Shown here: one piece after another, positions 36,959 through 45,729 of the stretch
Position numbering within the stretch: the first letter of the stretch is position 1
Layout: each line of letters opens with the position of its first letter
Assembly (NCBI GenBank): GCA_947501605.1
Contig: CANMWZ010000003.1
Location: 11,746-75,745 of the forward strand
DNA from: Planctomycetota bacterium
GTDB lineage: Bacteria; Planctomycetota; UBA1135; UBA2386
Length of the DNA stretch: 64,000 bases
Direction: 5' to 3'
Translations under genes and position numbers: made by a program
Notes under the pieces: generated by a model
Seen by the model: the letters and a program-made list of their open reading frames with translations, nothing else
What the model was told of the DNA's origin: nothing
Database searches by the model: none

Positions 36959-39282
36959 TCGAGTCGGGTCCAGCGGATGTACTGCGGCACAGTGACAATC
37001 AGGCTCGCGCGGGCGCGGAAGCTCTTGCGCTCCATGAGTGGCGTCCCGCCGGTCGGCTTCAGCTCGTCGCCATCGCGCGGCGCCGGCATCGGCACTGGAA
37101 TGCCCGCAGGCTCAGGCTTCGCCGCTACGGACGCTGGTTTCGGATTCGGCTCCTGCGCGCCGTCGCCGCCTGATTGTCCCGACGGCTGGGGGTCAGCACT
37201 CTCGGCCGGCTTCTCTGGGACATCCGGCTTCGGGGCTGCCGTGGACTTCGGCGGTGGTTCAGGACGCACCGGCACATCCAGTGCGACGGTGCACTCGACA
37301 TAGACTTCGCCGATGTTGTTGGCGGACCATTTGCGCTGCACGTTCGGGCCGTCGATCGCAGGCGTGAACTCGCCCGTCGCGCCATCGAGCGTGCCGACAT
37401 AGCTGAGGTCGTCGTCATCATCGCGGACGATCGCTTCGCGCAGTGAGAACGTCGCCGGCACCATCCACAAATCGACATCGTCGGCAGTGAAGGGCTTCTC
37501 GTCCGGTCCGCGTGTGACGGTCACCGCTTCGAAGCGCTCGAGTTGCTTGGGGAAGCGGGCGCCACCAATGCGCGCAAGTCCCTGGGTCGGACGAATGCGC
37601 ACGTAGTCGACGGCGTCATAGAGGCGGATTCGCGCGCGCGTTGGCTCGATGCCGAAGGCGACATCGCGCAAACCGACCGGGGTGCCAGGCGCGACATCGA
37701 GCCACAGTCGGCAGTCCGTAGGACTCGTACGTTCACAGCGCGTGACGGTGACTCCGAGACCGAGATGAAAGTCCGCAGCACGGAGCGTTTCCGGGAACGC
37801 GTCGCCGCGCACCGAGAGCACGTGGTCCTTGGCCGGCACGGTGACAAACGGTGCCGAGATCGCGAGGACACGCGGCACGCCGCGATGACGCACCATCGAG
37901 ATGTCGACGCCGATCTCGTCGTAATCACCGGTGAAGAAGCGCCCGCGCATCGAGTCCCAGCGCTCGTCCAGCAGCAGCACCTCACGCCATGTGCGACCGC
38001 CTTCGCCGGGATCCGTCGCCCGACCGCGCCAGCTGTAGCCGCCGTAGAGCAAGCCCCGTCCGCGGCGGTCGATCTTGGCGCCACCCTGGACCTCGAGTTG
38101 CCAGTGCACTTCGTAATCGCCGTCCTCGACGCGAACGATGGTGGCGGTTCCGATCAGATCGCCGCGGCCGATCTCGTGACCCGTGACGGTCCAGTTCCCG
38201 GCGAGCGGCACCTCGCGACGGTTGATCGCCCACTCATTCCAGTCGTCGCTGAACAGCGCCTGCTTGTCGCCGAGTGCGGCGAGCACCCGATCGCCGCGAT
38301 TGCCTTGGCGCGGACCTTGACCGCCGTCGCCAGAACCGCCAGCCGGCCCAGAACCGCCCGCCGGCGCGGCCGCGCCGCCGGTTGCACCGCGTCGGCCGCC
38401 GCGCGCCGCTGGGGCGGCGCCGCCACCTTGGCCACCGAATCGCTCCTCATCGTCCGGTGGACCGCCGCCGATCGAACCACGCGCGAGCGGGAACATGGCG
38501 ACGTGCGTGTTGCGCAGCTGTTGCCATTCCTCGGCGTCCCGGGCCTGGCCGAGCACGCGACCCAAGGTGTGGCAGCCCGAGCAAGCTTCGCGGAAGTCGG
38601 CGTCCTGGTGCTCCTCGGACCAGTGCACCCGCCGTTCACTTTCGTAGAGGCTGCGCTCGGCCTCCGCTCGGGTGAGGCCGTGGCGATCGGCGAGATAGCG
38701 CACGACCGCTTTGGCATCGGCGGGGGACATCTGCAGCCCGTGCAAGCGAATCATCCGCTTCAACGACTCGGACCAACCCTCGGGCGACTTGCGCATGTAG
38801 CTGATGCGCGTCATTAGGCCATTGGGGTCGCGCTGGTGACAACGAGCGCAGTGCGTCTCGACCAGGAGATCGGTCACTGGGATGCCGCGGCGCTGAGGCT
38901 TTGGCTCTTCGACCGCACCTTCGTCCTCGTTGTCCGCATTCTGCCCATTGCCCTGGCCACCTTCGGCGCCGCCGCGACGACCGCGACGTGGCGCGTCACC
39001 CTCGGGTCGCTCGACGATTGCGCCAGCCGCAGGCGGTTGTGTCGGAGCGGTGCCCGGCTCTTGGCCGCTCGCGGGTGTTGTCGTGCTGGCTCGGGCCGAT
39101 GGAGTCTCCGGCGCGGGCTGCGGCACTACCGCGGGAATCGGTGGGTGGCCGGCTGGGAGCGGCTGCTGGGCCGGCTCCTGCGCCGTGAGCGCGCCGGACC
39201 ACGTGAAAACGAGAAGGCAGCCAGCCAGGACGGATTTCATGCGCAGGGGGAACCGCGGTGAGAGCTCGTCGCGCATTGGCAT
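36943..39282 (-). CDS. qhpA: QHNDH alpha subunit (dihaem cytochrome c plus beta-barrel domains), QhpA, unusually long (779 aa)
   Basis: Two CxxCH motifs (CARCH, CSGCH). HCARCHQRDPNGLMTRISYMRKSPEGWSESLKRMIRLHGLQMSPADAKAVVRYLADRHGLTRAEAE aligns by eye with the P. putida QhpA haem domain. Signal peptide MKSVLAGCLLVFTWSGALTA if the start is ATG 39240. Confidence 0.9.
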   Translation of the reverse strand: MPMRDELSPRFPLRMKSVLAGCLLVFTWSGALTAQEPAQQPLPAGHPPIPAVVPQPAPETPSARASTTTPASGQEPGTAPTQPPAAGAIVERPEGDAPRRGRRGGAEGGQGNGQNADNEDEGAVEEPKPQRRGIPVTDLLVETHCARCHQRDPNGLMTRISYMRKSPEGWSESLKRMIRLHGLQMSPADAKAVVRYLADRHGLTRAEAERSLYESERRVHWSEEHQDADFREACSGCHTLGRVLGQARDAEEWQQLRNTHVAMFPLARGSIGGGPPDDEERFGGQGGGAAPAARGGRRGATGGAAAPAGGSGPAGGSGDGGQGPRQGNRGDRVLAALGDKQALFSDDWNEWAINRREVPLAGNWTVTGHEIGRGDLIGTATIVRVEDGDYEVHWQLEVQGGAKIDRRGRGLLYGGYSWRGRATDPGEGGRTWREVLLLDERWDSMRGRFFTGDYDEIGVDISMVRHRGVPRVLAISAPFVTVPAKDHVLSVRGDAFPETLRAADFHLGLGVTVTRCERTSPTDCRLWLDVAPGTPVGLRDVAFGIEPTRARIRLYDAVDYVRIRPTQGLARIGGARFPKQLERFEAVTVTRGPDEKPFTADDVDLWMVPATFSLREAIVRDDDDDLSYVGTLDGATGEFTPAIDGPNVQRKWSANNIGEVYVECTVALDVPVRPEPPPKSTAAPKPDVPEKPAESADPQPSGQSGGDGAQEPNPKPASVAAKPEPAGIPVPMPAPRDGDELKPTGGTPLMERKSFRARASLIVTVPQYIRWTRLEWEER

Positions 39283-39377
39283 GGGACGCGACCCTTAGAC
39301 CATAGCCATGAACTCCCCCGGAGGGACAGCACCGGGGCAGCAAACATCGGGGCCCTCGTCGCCAGTGCGATCTGCCG

Positions 39378-41087
39378 CTACGACGCCCGAACCTGACCGC
39401 CCTCTAGGTGCACGATGCGATCCACGGCCACCGAGTCCGGTGGGCGATGGTCGATCCACAACACGGTGCAAGGCCGCGGCAGCACCGAAAGGTAGCGCGC
39501 GAGGACGCGCTGCGCCGCCGCATCCAAGAACGCGAATGGCTCGTCGAGCACCAAGAGATCTGCCGGGCGCAACAACGTGCGCACAAGCAACAGTCGCCGC
39601 CACTGCCCGGCACTGAGTTCGTGGCTGCCGGCGAAGCTGCGGCCAAGCGGCGTGCCGAAGTCGTCGGGCAAGCCCGTCAACAGTTGGTCGAGACCCGCGG
39701 CCGCTGCACGCGCGCGGAGCGAAGCGTCCTCTTTGGCCTCGGCGCCAAACTCCAGGTTGTCGCGCACCGTGAGTTCGAACCCAACCGTGTCCTGGAAGAA
39801 CACCGCAACGCGGCCGCGTAACTCCGCGGCGGCAACCGTGCGCAGATCGACGCCATTGAGCAGCACTTCGCCCGCAGTCGGCAAGGCCAACCGACACAGC
39901 AACCGTACCAGGGTCGACTTGCCAGCGCCGTTGCCGCCAAGCAACGCGATGCGCTCGCCCGCCGCAATCTCGAGATCGACGCCGCGCAGCGCCGGCGAGG
40001 AACTCCCTGGGTAGCTGTAGCACACACCACGCAGGGCGATGGCCAGCGACCCCGCGGGCACTCGCGATGCGATCGCTGCGGTCACGGCCGCGGGCAAAGC
40101 CAGCGTTGGCTTGGTGGAAAGGAACCGGAACAGATGCTGCACGAAGCGCTGGTCGTCGCGCAGCGCAGCGTGGGCGAGCAAGCTGTCGCGCATGCCGTTC
40201 TGCGTTCGTTGAACGGCCTGCGCCTGCAGCAGCAATCCACCCAGCGTCAACTCCGAACGCAATGCCGCGAACGCGAGGAACGCATAGGCAGCAAACATGG
40301 CCAGCGTCGACAACGCTTGCGCCGCAGTCTCGGCGCGCGTGCGTCGGCGCATGAGATCCAACTGCTCCTCGGTGAGGCGCGCGCGTTGTCGGTCGACGCG
40401 GATGGCCAGTGGTTCGGCGAGGTCGAGCAGGCGCACGTCCTTGGCCCAAGGCCGGCCGACGAGAATGCCGGCAAGGTAGCCGAGCCGACGCTGGGCTCCG
40501 GTGTTGGCTTCCTGCCACGAGAACTGCAGCCGGCTGTGGCGATGGCGCACGAGAACCTGCGGCACGGCGGCGAGCGCGACCACCAGTGGCAGCCAGACGG
40601 CAGCCGTCGCGGTCGCGAGGACCATCGAAACCAACATCGCCGAAGCGACCACGAAGGCGGCAAGATCTTGGACGACCCTCGTTGGTCGGGTCAGAGCGTC
40701 GCCGGCGGCCCGGTGCAGCAGGTCGCGCACTTCTGGGGATTCGACCTGCTCCAGGTCGAGCGCGGCAGCGTGCCGTTGGACCAAGCTGGCGCAGCGATCG
40801 CCGCACAGGCGCGCGTGCCGTTCCCCGATCGCCGTGGCCACGGCGCCAATCACGGCACCAAACAGGGCGATGACGGACGCGGCACCGACCGCAAACCAGA
40901 TCTCGGCTGCGACATCGGGCACCCCGCTGACGCCGCGTTGGACGGCATCGAGCAAGCGCTGCATCGCTAGCAACCCGAGCAGGGGCAGCGCACCTTGGCC
41001 GAGGCGCAGGGCGAGGTTCTGCCACAGCAGCGAACGACCCGCGAGTGCCGCAAGACGCAGGGCCGATCGCAACGGGACGGCGGCCAT
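39378..41087 (-). CDS. qhpF: ABC exporter (fused TMD-NBD), QhpF-like
   Basis: Six-TM N-terminal half. Walker A LLGGNGAGKSTL, signature LSAGQWRRL and Walker B LLVLDEPFAFLD. Heads the qhp gene string. Confidence 0.8.
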   Translation of the reverse strand: MAAVPLRSALRLAALAGRSLLWQNLALRLGQGALPLLGLLAMQRLLDAVQRGVSGVPDVAAEIWFAVGAASVIALFGAVIGAVATAIGERHARLCGDRCASLVQRHAAALDLEQVESPEVRDLLHRAAGDALTRPTRVVQDLAAFVVASAMLVSMVLATATAAVWLPLVVALAAVPQVLVRHRHSRLQFSWQEANTGAQRRLGYLAGILVGRPWAKDVRLLDLAEPLAIRVDRQRARLTEEQLDLMRRRTRAETAAQALSTLAMFAAYAFLAFAALRSELTLGGLLLQAQAVQRTQNGMRDSLLAHAALRDDQRFVQHLFRFLSTKPTLALPAAVTAAIASRVPAGSLAIALRGVCYSYPGSSSPALRGVDLEIAAGERIALLGGNGAGKSTLVRLLCRLALPTAGEVLLNGVDLRTVAAAELRGRVAVFFQDTVGFELTVRDNLEFGAEAKEDASLRARAAAAGLDQLLTGLPDDFGTPLGRSFAGSHELSAGQWRRLLLVRTLLRPADLLVLDEPFAFLDAAAQRVLARYLSVLPRPCTVLWIDHRPPDSVAVDRIVHLEGGQVRAS

Positions 41088-41171
41088 CAGTGGCTGCGAG
41101 TCCTGGATAGCAAGGACCGTTCTGGCTGAGGTTTATGGATCTTCGAGCCCAGCAGAATCCCCCTACCCACC

Positions 41172-41220
41172 CCCCCTCCAGCGGTTCCGATAAGATTTGT
41201 TATGTAAAGTTCGGAGGGGG
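41172..41220 (-). promoter_or_regulatory. AT-rich island flanked by an 8-bp C/G inverted repeat, upstream of qhpF (candidate promoter/operator)
   Basis: CCCCCTCC-(33 nt including GATAAGATTTGTTATGTAAAG)-GGAGGGGG. This is the only strongly AT-rich stretch I noticed in the window. It lies 85-130 nt upstream of the qhpF start. Confidence 0.3.
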
Positions 41221-41259
41221 AGCCACAGGGGGGAGAGCCCGAGCCCTTGGGCGACGCAC

Positions 41260-42327
41260 TCATGGCCGTGGCCCCCGCCATGCGGAGCCTTGGTCGGGCA
41301 ACCATGCCATCGCCAGCACCAAGGTGAAGTCGGGCGCAATGTAGGGCGACAGGTCTTCGCCAAAGACCACCTCGACGAAGAGCTGGCGGTCGACCCGCAT
41401 GCGGGCGCCGAGCCACAGCCACACCTGGTCGCGGTTCGCTCGGTCGAGATCGAGATTGCGCAGCACGGACGTCTCCCAGGACAGTTGCGCCACGCTACTG
41501 AAGTCACTGAGCAGCGGAACTTCGAGCCCGAGGCTCGCGGCACTCACATCCCCAAACGCGAAGCTGCGCGAGCGCGCGAGGTCGGGAGTCCCGGCCCACG
41601 TGTACTGGCCGTCCGCGAACAACGTGCCGAACGCCAGCGGCCAACTGGCGCACAGGCCAGCTGCGTAGTCGAACTGGCCATTGCCAGCGCCGCCGCTCTC
41701 GTCGCCAGTTGGCAATTCGAAACCGGTGCGCAACGCCAATCCCGGCAGTCCCGCGCCGCTGGCGCTGCGACCTGGCGGCACGAGGCACCAGGTAGCCGAC
41801 ACGGGCACGTCCGCAAGCATGAGCGTCTCTTCGCGCAGCTCCCACACGGTCTGCCCGTTTTGCTCGGCGAAAACTTCGAATTGATTCTGCGGCGCGACGC
41901 TGCGGCCCTGGTCCGGGAAGCCGAAGAAGTCGTGGTAGTCGATGAGAAAGCCATCGAGAAAACCACCGCTGGTGTGCACCACCGGGAGCTCCACGGTCAG
42001 CTCGATGCCAGCGCCGATTCCCGTTCGTCCTTGGATGCTGGTGCGCATCAGTTCGCCGTCCATCGCGAATGCCTCGGTGGCGTTGCTGTCGCCGAGAAAC
42101 AGACTCGAGTAGGCCGTGCTCGCCCGAACCGCCGTGTCGCCGCTTGGCAGCACCGAAGGCGAGGCCGGATCCAGCCGCATCACGGTCAACTGGGCGGGGT
42201 GCTGGTTGCGCACCGCCAGCGGTCCATGGCTGGGCGCCGGGCCAGCGCTGCATGCCGAGGCCGACACCGCGACTGCAGTCCACCAGCCGACGGCACCTCG
42301 TTCTGTGCACTTGCGCGTTACGTGCAT
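41260..42327 (-). CDS. Putative outer-membrane beta-barrel protein (hypothetical)
   Basis: Signal peptide with a lipobox-like AVSASAC. Alternating hydrophobic beta-strand pattern. C-terminal aromatic-rich end ...FTLVLAMAWLPDQGSAWRGPRP. No family confirmed. Confidence 0.45.
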   Translation of the reverse strand: MHVTRKCTERGAVGWWTAVAVSASACSAGPAPSHGPLAVRNQHPAQLTVMRLDPASPSVLPSGDTAVRASTAYSSLFLGDSNATEAFAMDGELMRTSIQGRTGIGAGIELTVELPVVHTSGGFLDGFLIDYHDFFGFPDQGRSVAPQNQFEVFAEQNGQTVWELREETLMLADVPVSATWCLVPPGRSASGAGLPGLALRTGFELPTGDESGGAGNGQFDYAAGLCASWPLAFGTLFADGQYTWAGTPDLARSRSFAFGDVSAASLGLEVPLLSDFSSVAQLSWETSVLRNLDLDRANRDQVWLWLGARMRVDRQLFVEVVFGEDLSPYIAPDFTLVLAMAWLPDQGSAWRGPRP

Positions 42328-42463
42328 CGGGACAGAACGTAGTGAGCCTGCGCGCCGAAGTCGCGCGTGTTCCGTGCACCGTAGACGACTTCAGGCGGCC
42401 CTGTCCGTGCCGCCTTCGATTGTTAGACTCTGCCCCCCGCGCCACGCGCGCGCTGCCGACCGC

Positions 42464-43690
42464 ATGCACCGATTCCAACCCCAAACGCTCCTGTTCCCGT
42501 TCCTGTTGCTGGTTGCCTGCGCTGATGGCGGCAAGACCGAAGTGCCACAGAGCGAAGTCCAGATCGCCGCCAACCATCACGTGATGTGGTTTCGCAGCCT
42601 GCCTGGCTTCGGTAGTTCTGCTACCCGCCCACTGGCCGTCAACTCCGGACACGCGACACTCGCGATGGCTGCCGACAGCACCTACACGCTGGTGTTCGCT
42701 GGCGGCGGCACCTCGTCGAAGGAGCGCTACGCGATCGCCAACACCGCCAAGCTGTCGATCTACCAGACCGGTTCGGGCCGGAATCCATCGACGGTCTTCC
42801 AAGGCGGCTACCAACTGGTTGGTGCGCGGCCAGACCTGTTCTTCACCGATCGCGTCTCGGCCGGTGATTCGACCTCGATCGGGCTCTACTTCGGCGCCCG
42901 CACGGTACTGGGCCAGGACGAACTCGAAGGCGCTTGGCACCTGTTCTCGATGCACGTGATGATGCAGAACGCGACGCTGCAAACACCGCGCACCGTCGCG
43001 CGCGCGGCATTTGGTGAAGTGTCCGTTGCCGCCGGCGCGCCCGGAACAGCTCGCGCGATCAGCGGCACTGGCTTTGAGTCCGGGGCCGACCCGAGCACGG
43101 TTCCGGTCACTCTGAGCGGCCAAGTTACGAACCTGCTCGATGGCAGCCAGCAGGGCAACGGCATCTGCAACCTCACGGTCGGCTACACCAACACCGGTTC
43201 GGCGACGGATAGCCGGGTGTTCTGGGCTGCGGCCGGCAGCGACCTGCTATTCGCTGTCGACGAGGACGAAACCGACACCGCGTCGGGCCTTCTCGCGATG
43301 GTGCGCAAGTTCGCCGCGCCCGCAACCCCGGCCGATCCAGCGCGGATTGCCGGCACGTTCTACGTCGGCGGCTACACCACCTTCGTGAACCCCACCAACG
43401 CCGGCTCCGACTCCTTCGTCGGCGAACTTCTGCTCACTCCACAGGGCGCCGTTCGCCTCGACGGACTGGATCACCGCGGCGTCGATTTCGCCTACACCGG
43501 GACCTGGACCTCGACGGCCGAAGGCGGCTTGACGCTGCAGATCAGTGGCAATGGCGGCGAGACGTGGCGCGGCGCCGTGGCGCGTAGCTATGACACGTTG
43601 GTGTTCGTGGACCCGGTTGTCGAAGTGCGCACGAACAACACGCCCGAGCTCAACTTCGTGCACGCGGTGCGCAAGCGCTCGAACCCGTAG
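42464..43690 (+). CDS. Hypothetical lipoprotein (408 aa)
   Basis: Start at the internal ATG 42464. Lipobox LLLVAC in MHRFQPQTLLFPFLLLVACADGG. Beta-rich, Gly/Thr/Ser-rich body. Confidence 0.5.
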   Translation: MHRFQPQTLLFPFLLLVACADGGKTEVPQSEVQIAANHHVMWFRSLPGFGSSATRPLAVNSGHATLAMAADSTYTLVFAGGGTSSKERYAIANTAKLSIYQTGSGRNPSTVFQGGYQLVGARPDLFFTDRVSAGDSTSIGLYFGARTVLGQDELEGAWHLFSMHVMMQNATLQTPRTVARAAFGEVSVAAGAPGTARAISGTGFESGADPSTVPVTLSGQVTNLLDGSQQGNGICNLTVGYTNTGSATDSRVFWAAAGSDLLFAVDEDETDTASGLLAMVRKFAAPATPADPARIAGTFYVGGYTTFVNPTNAGSDSFVGELLLTPQGAVRLDGLDHRGVDFAYTGTWTSTAEGGLTLQISGNGGETWRGAVARSYDTLVFVDPVVEVRTNNTPELNFVHAVRKRSNP

Positions 43691-43737
43691 CGATCGCGGT
43701 GCTGGAGTTGGCAGCGGCGGTCTTTCATGATGGTCGC

Positions 43738-44637
43738 GTGAGCACCCCGGTTCTGACCATCGACCTTCCCTTCTGCAAGCGCTTGGGCAGCGGCAAGGTC
43801 CGCGAATTGTTCGAACTCAACGGCGACTTGCTCTTGGTCGCCACCGACCGCGTCTCCGCCTACGACGTGGTGATGCGCGAGGGCATCCCTGGCAAGGGCG
43901 CCGTCCTCACTGCGACCTCCACGTTCTGGCTCCGCCGCCTCGCCAGCGTCTGCGCGAACCATCTGCTGTCGACCGACGTCGACACCTGGGCTGACGTGCC
44001 GGAGCAATGGAAGCCGCTGCTGCGCGGACGCAGCATGCGCTGCAAGAAGGCAACGCCACTGCCCGTCGAATGGGTCGTGCGCGGGTTCCTAACCGGCTCG
44101 GGCTTTCAGGACTACCAGCGCGATGGCGCGGTCTCAGGCGTGAAGCTGTCGCCGGGCTTGCTACACGCGAGCGAACTGGATCCGCCGATCCTAACGCCTT
44201 CGACCAAGGCCGAGTCGGGGCACGATGAACCGATCTCGTTCGATCGAGTCGTGTCGCTGGTAGGCCGCAGCGTCGCTGAGCGCGCGCGCGACGCCGCGCT
44301 ATCGCTGTATCGCACAGCCCGCACCTATGCCCGCGAGCGCGGCATCGTCATCGCCGACACCAAGTTCGAATTCGGGATGCTCGGCGAACAGGTGATTCTC
44401 ATCGACGAATGCCTGACGCCCGACAGCAGTCGATTCTGGCCGGCCGATGAAGTTCGACCCGGCAGCAACCCGACTTCGTTCGACAAACAGTACCTCCGCG
44501 ACTGGCTAACCTCGACCGGCTGGAACAAGCAACCGCCACCACCGACCCTGCCAACGGATGTGATCGCGAAAACGGCCGCCACCTATCGCGACCTTCAACA
44601 GCGCCTCTGCGGCACCTTGAGCGAACCGACTCGATGA
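43738..44637 (+). CDS. purC: Phosphoribosylaminoimidazole-succinocarboxamide synthase (long-type PurC)
   Basis: GSGKVRELFELNGDLLLVATDRVSAYDVVM, VVRGFLTGSG and IVIADTKFEFG. Start is GTG 43738, preferred by N-terminal length, or GTG 43699. Confidence 0.9.
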   Translation: MSTPVLTIDLPFCKRLGSGKVRELFELNGDLLLVATDRVSAYDVVMREGIPGKGAVLTATSTFWLRRLASVCANHLLSTDVDTWADVPEQWKPLLRGRSMRCKKATPLPVEWVVRGFLTGSGFQDYQRDGAVSGVKLSPGLLHASELDPPILTPSTKAESGHDEPISFDRVVSLVGRSVAERARDAALSLYRTARTYARERGIVIADTKFEFGMLGEQVILIDECLTPDSSRFWPADEVRPGSNPTSFDKQYLRDWLTSTGWNKQPPPPTLPTDVIAKTAATYRDLQQRLCGTLSEPTR

Positions 44638-45722
44638 CCTCAACCCCGGAAACGACCGAGACAACGCACGCGCCAACGCGACCCGCTCCGTTGCCACCGC
44701 CAGTGCTCTGGGTTGGCGACGACCAGGGCGAGCTGCACCTCCTGGACCAGACCCGTCTGCCTCAGGAGCGCTTGGTGCTGGAGCTTCGCACAGCGGACGG
44801 TGTTGCCGACGCCATCGCCCGACTCTGTGTTCGTGGCGCACCCGCGATCGGCGTCGCCGCGGCGTACGGGCTCTACCTCGGTGTCCGCGAGCAGTGCCCC
44901 GATCGCAGCATGCTTGTGGACACGGCGCGCCATGTCGCAGCACGCTTGCTGGCGACCCGCCCCACCGCCGTGAACCTGCGCTGGGCCCTTGATCGTGCCC
45001 TTGCCCGTGTGCGTGTCGACCTGACGCAGGCCTCGCTACTGTCAGAGGCGCGCGCCATCGAGCACGACAACGCGGAGAGCTGTCTGCGGATTGCGACGAA
45101 CGGCGCCAACCTGATCCACGACGGCGACACGATCCTGACTCACTGCAACGCGGGCAGGCTCGCGACTGCAGGAGAAGGTTCGGCACTGGCCATTCTGTTC
45201 GAAGCCCATCGACGAGGTCGCCGCTTCCGCGTGTTTGCCGACGAGACCCGACCACTGCTGCAGGGCGCACGACTGACCGCTCTCGAACTCGCGGCCGAAG
45301 GCATCCCCGTCGCCGTGATCCCGGATGCAGCAGCAGCGGCGTTGATCTCCCGTGGCGAAGTGCAGAGCATCGTCGTCGGCGCGGATCGCATCGCCGGGAA
45401 CGGCGATTTCGCCAACAAGATCGGCACCTACGGCATCGCGCTCGCTGCGCACGCGCACAGCATCCCGTTCTACGTCGCGGCCCCGCTGTCGACCTTTGAC
45501 CCGGCGCTCTCGAACGGTAGCCACATCCCGATTGAGGAACGCCCTGCCGCCGAGGTCCTGACCTTGCACGGAACTGCCCTTACCGCGGAGGGAATCCTGG
45601 CGCGCAATCCGGCATTCGACGTCACGCCCGGCCATCTCGTGACCGGCTTCGTGACCGATCAGGGACTGCTTCTGCCACCGTTCGCAGCGTCGATCAAGGC
45701 CGCGCTCGCCGCCGGTCGATGA
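44634..45722 (+). CDS. mtnA: S-methyl-5-thioribose-1-phosphate isomerase
   Basis: LDQTRLPQE, VRGAPAIGVAAAYG and GADRIAGNGDFANKIGTYGIALAA. The ATG overlaps the purC stop (ATGA). Confidence 0.88.
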   Translation: MTSTPETTETTHAPTRPAPLPPPVLWVGDDQGELHLLDQTRLPQERLVLELRTADGVADAIARLCVRGAPAIGVAAAYGLYLGVREQCPDRSMLVDTARHVAARLLATRPTAVNLRWALDRALARVRVDLTQASLLSEARAIEHDNAESCLRIATNGANLIHDGDTILTHCNAGRLATAGEGSALAILFEAHRRGRRFRVFADETRPLLQGARLTALELAAEGIPVAVIPDAAAAALISRGEVQSIVVGADRIAGNGDFANKIGTYGIALAAHAHSIPFYVAAPLSTFDPALSNGSHIPIEERPAAEVLTLHGTALTAEGILARNPAFDVTPGHLVTGFVTDQGLLLPPFAASIKAALAAGR

Positions 45723-45729
45723 GCGACGC

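Noticed and set aside
35522-37303. 593-aa plus-strand ORF
   Set aside because: It is antisense to qhpD and the qhpA 3' end, both of which have strong family motifs.
37543-38817. 424-aa plus-strand ORF inside qhpA
   Set aside because: It is antisense to the haem-domain-encoding region of qhpA, which aligns with known QhpA.
36943-39282. Lipoprotein interpretation of QhpA from the LAGC tetrapeptide
   Set aside because: The Cys lies only 7 residues after the likely ATG 39240, and the h-region continues past it. The sequence reads better as an ordinary Sec signal cleaved after ALTA.
39295-41025. 576-aa minus-strand ORF in an alternate frame of the ABC exporter gene
   Set aside because: Its composition is extremely Arg/Ala/Pro-rich, whereas the 39378-41087 frame carries the Walker A, signature and Walker B motifs.
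41504-43123. 539-aa minus-strand ORF
   Set aside because: It overlaps both the barrel-protein gene (alternate frame) and the lipoprotein gene (antisense). It has Arg/Gly-rich shadow composition.
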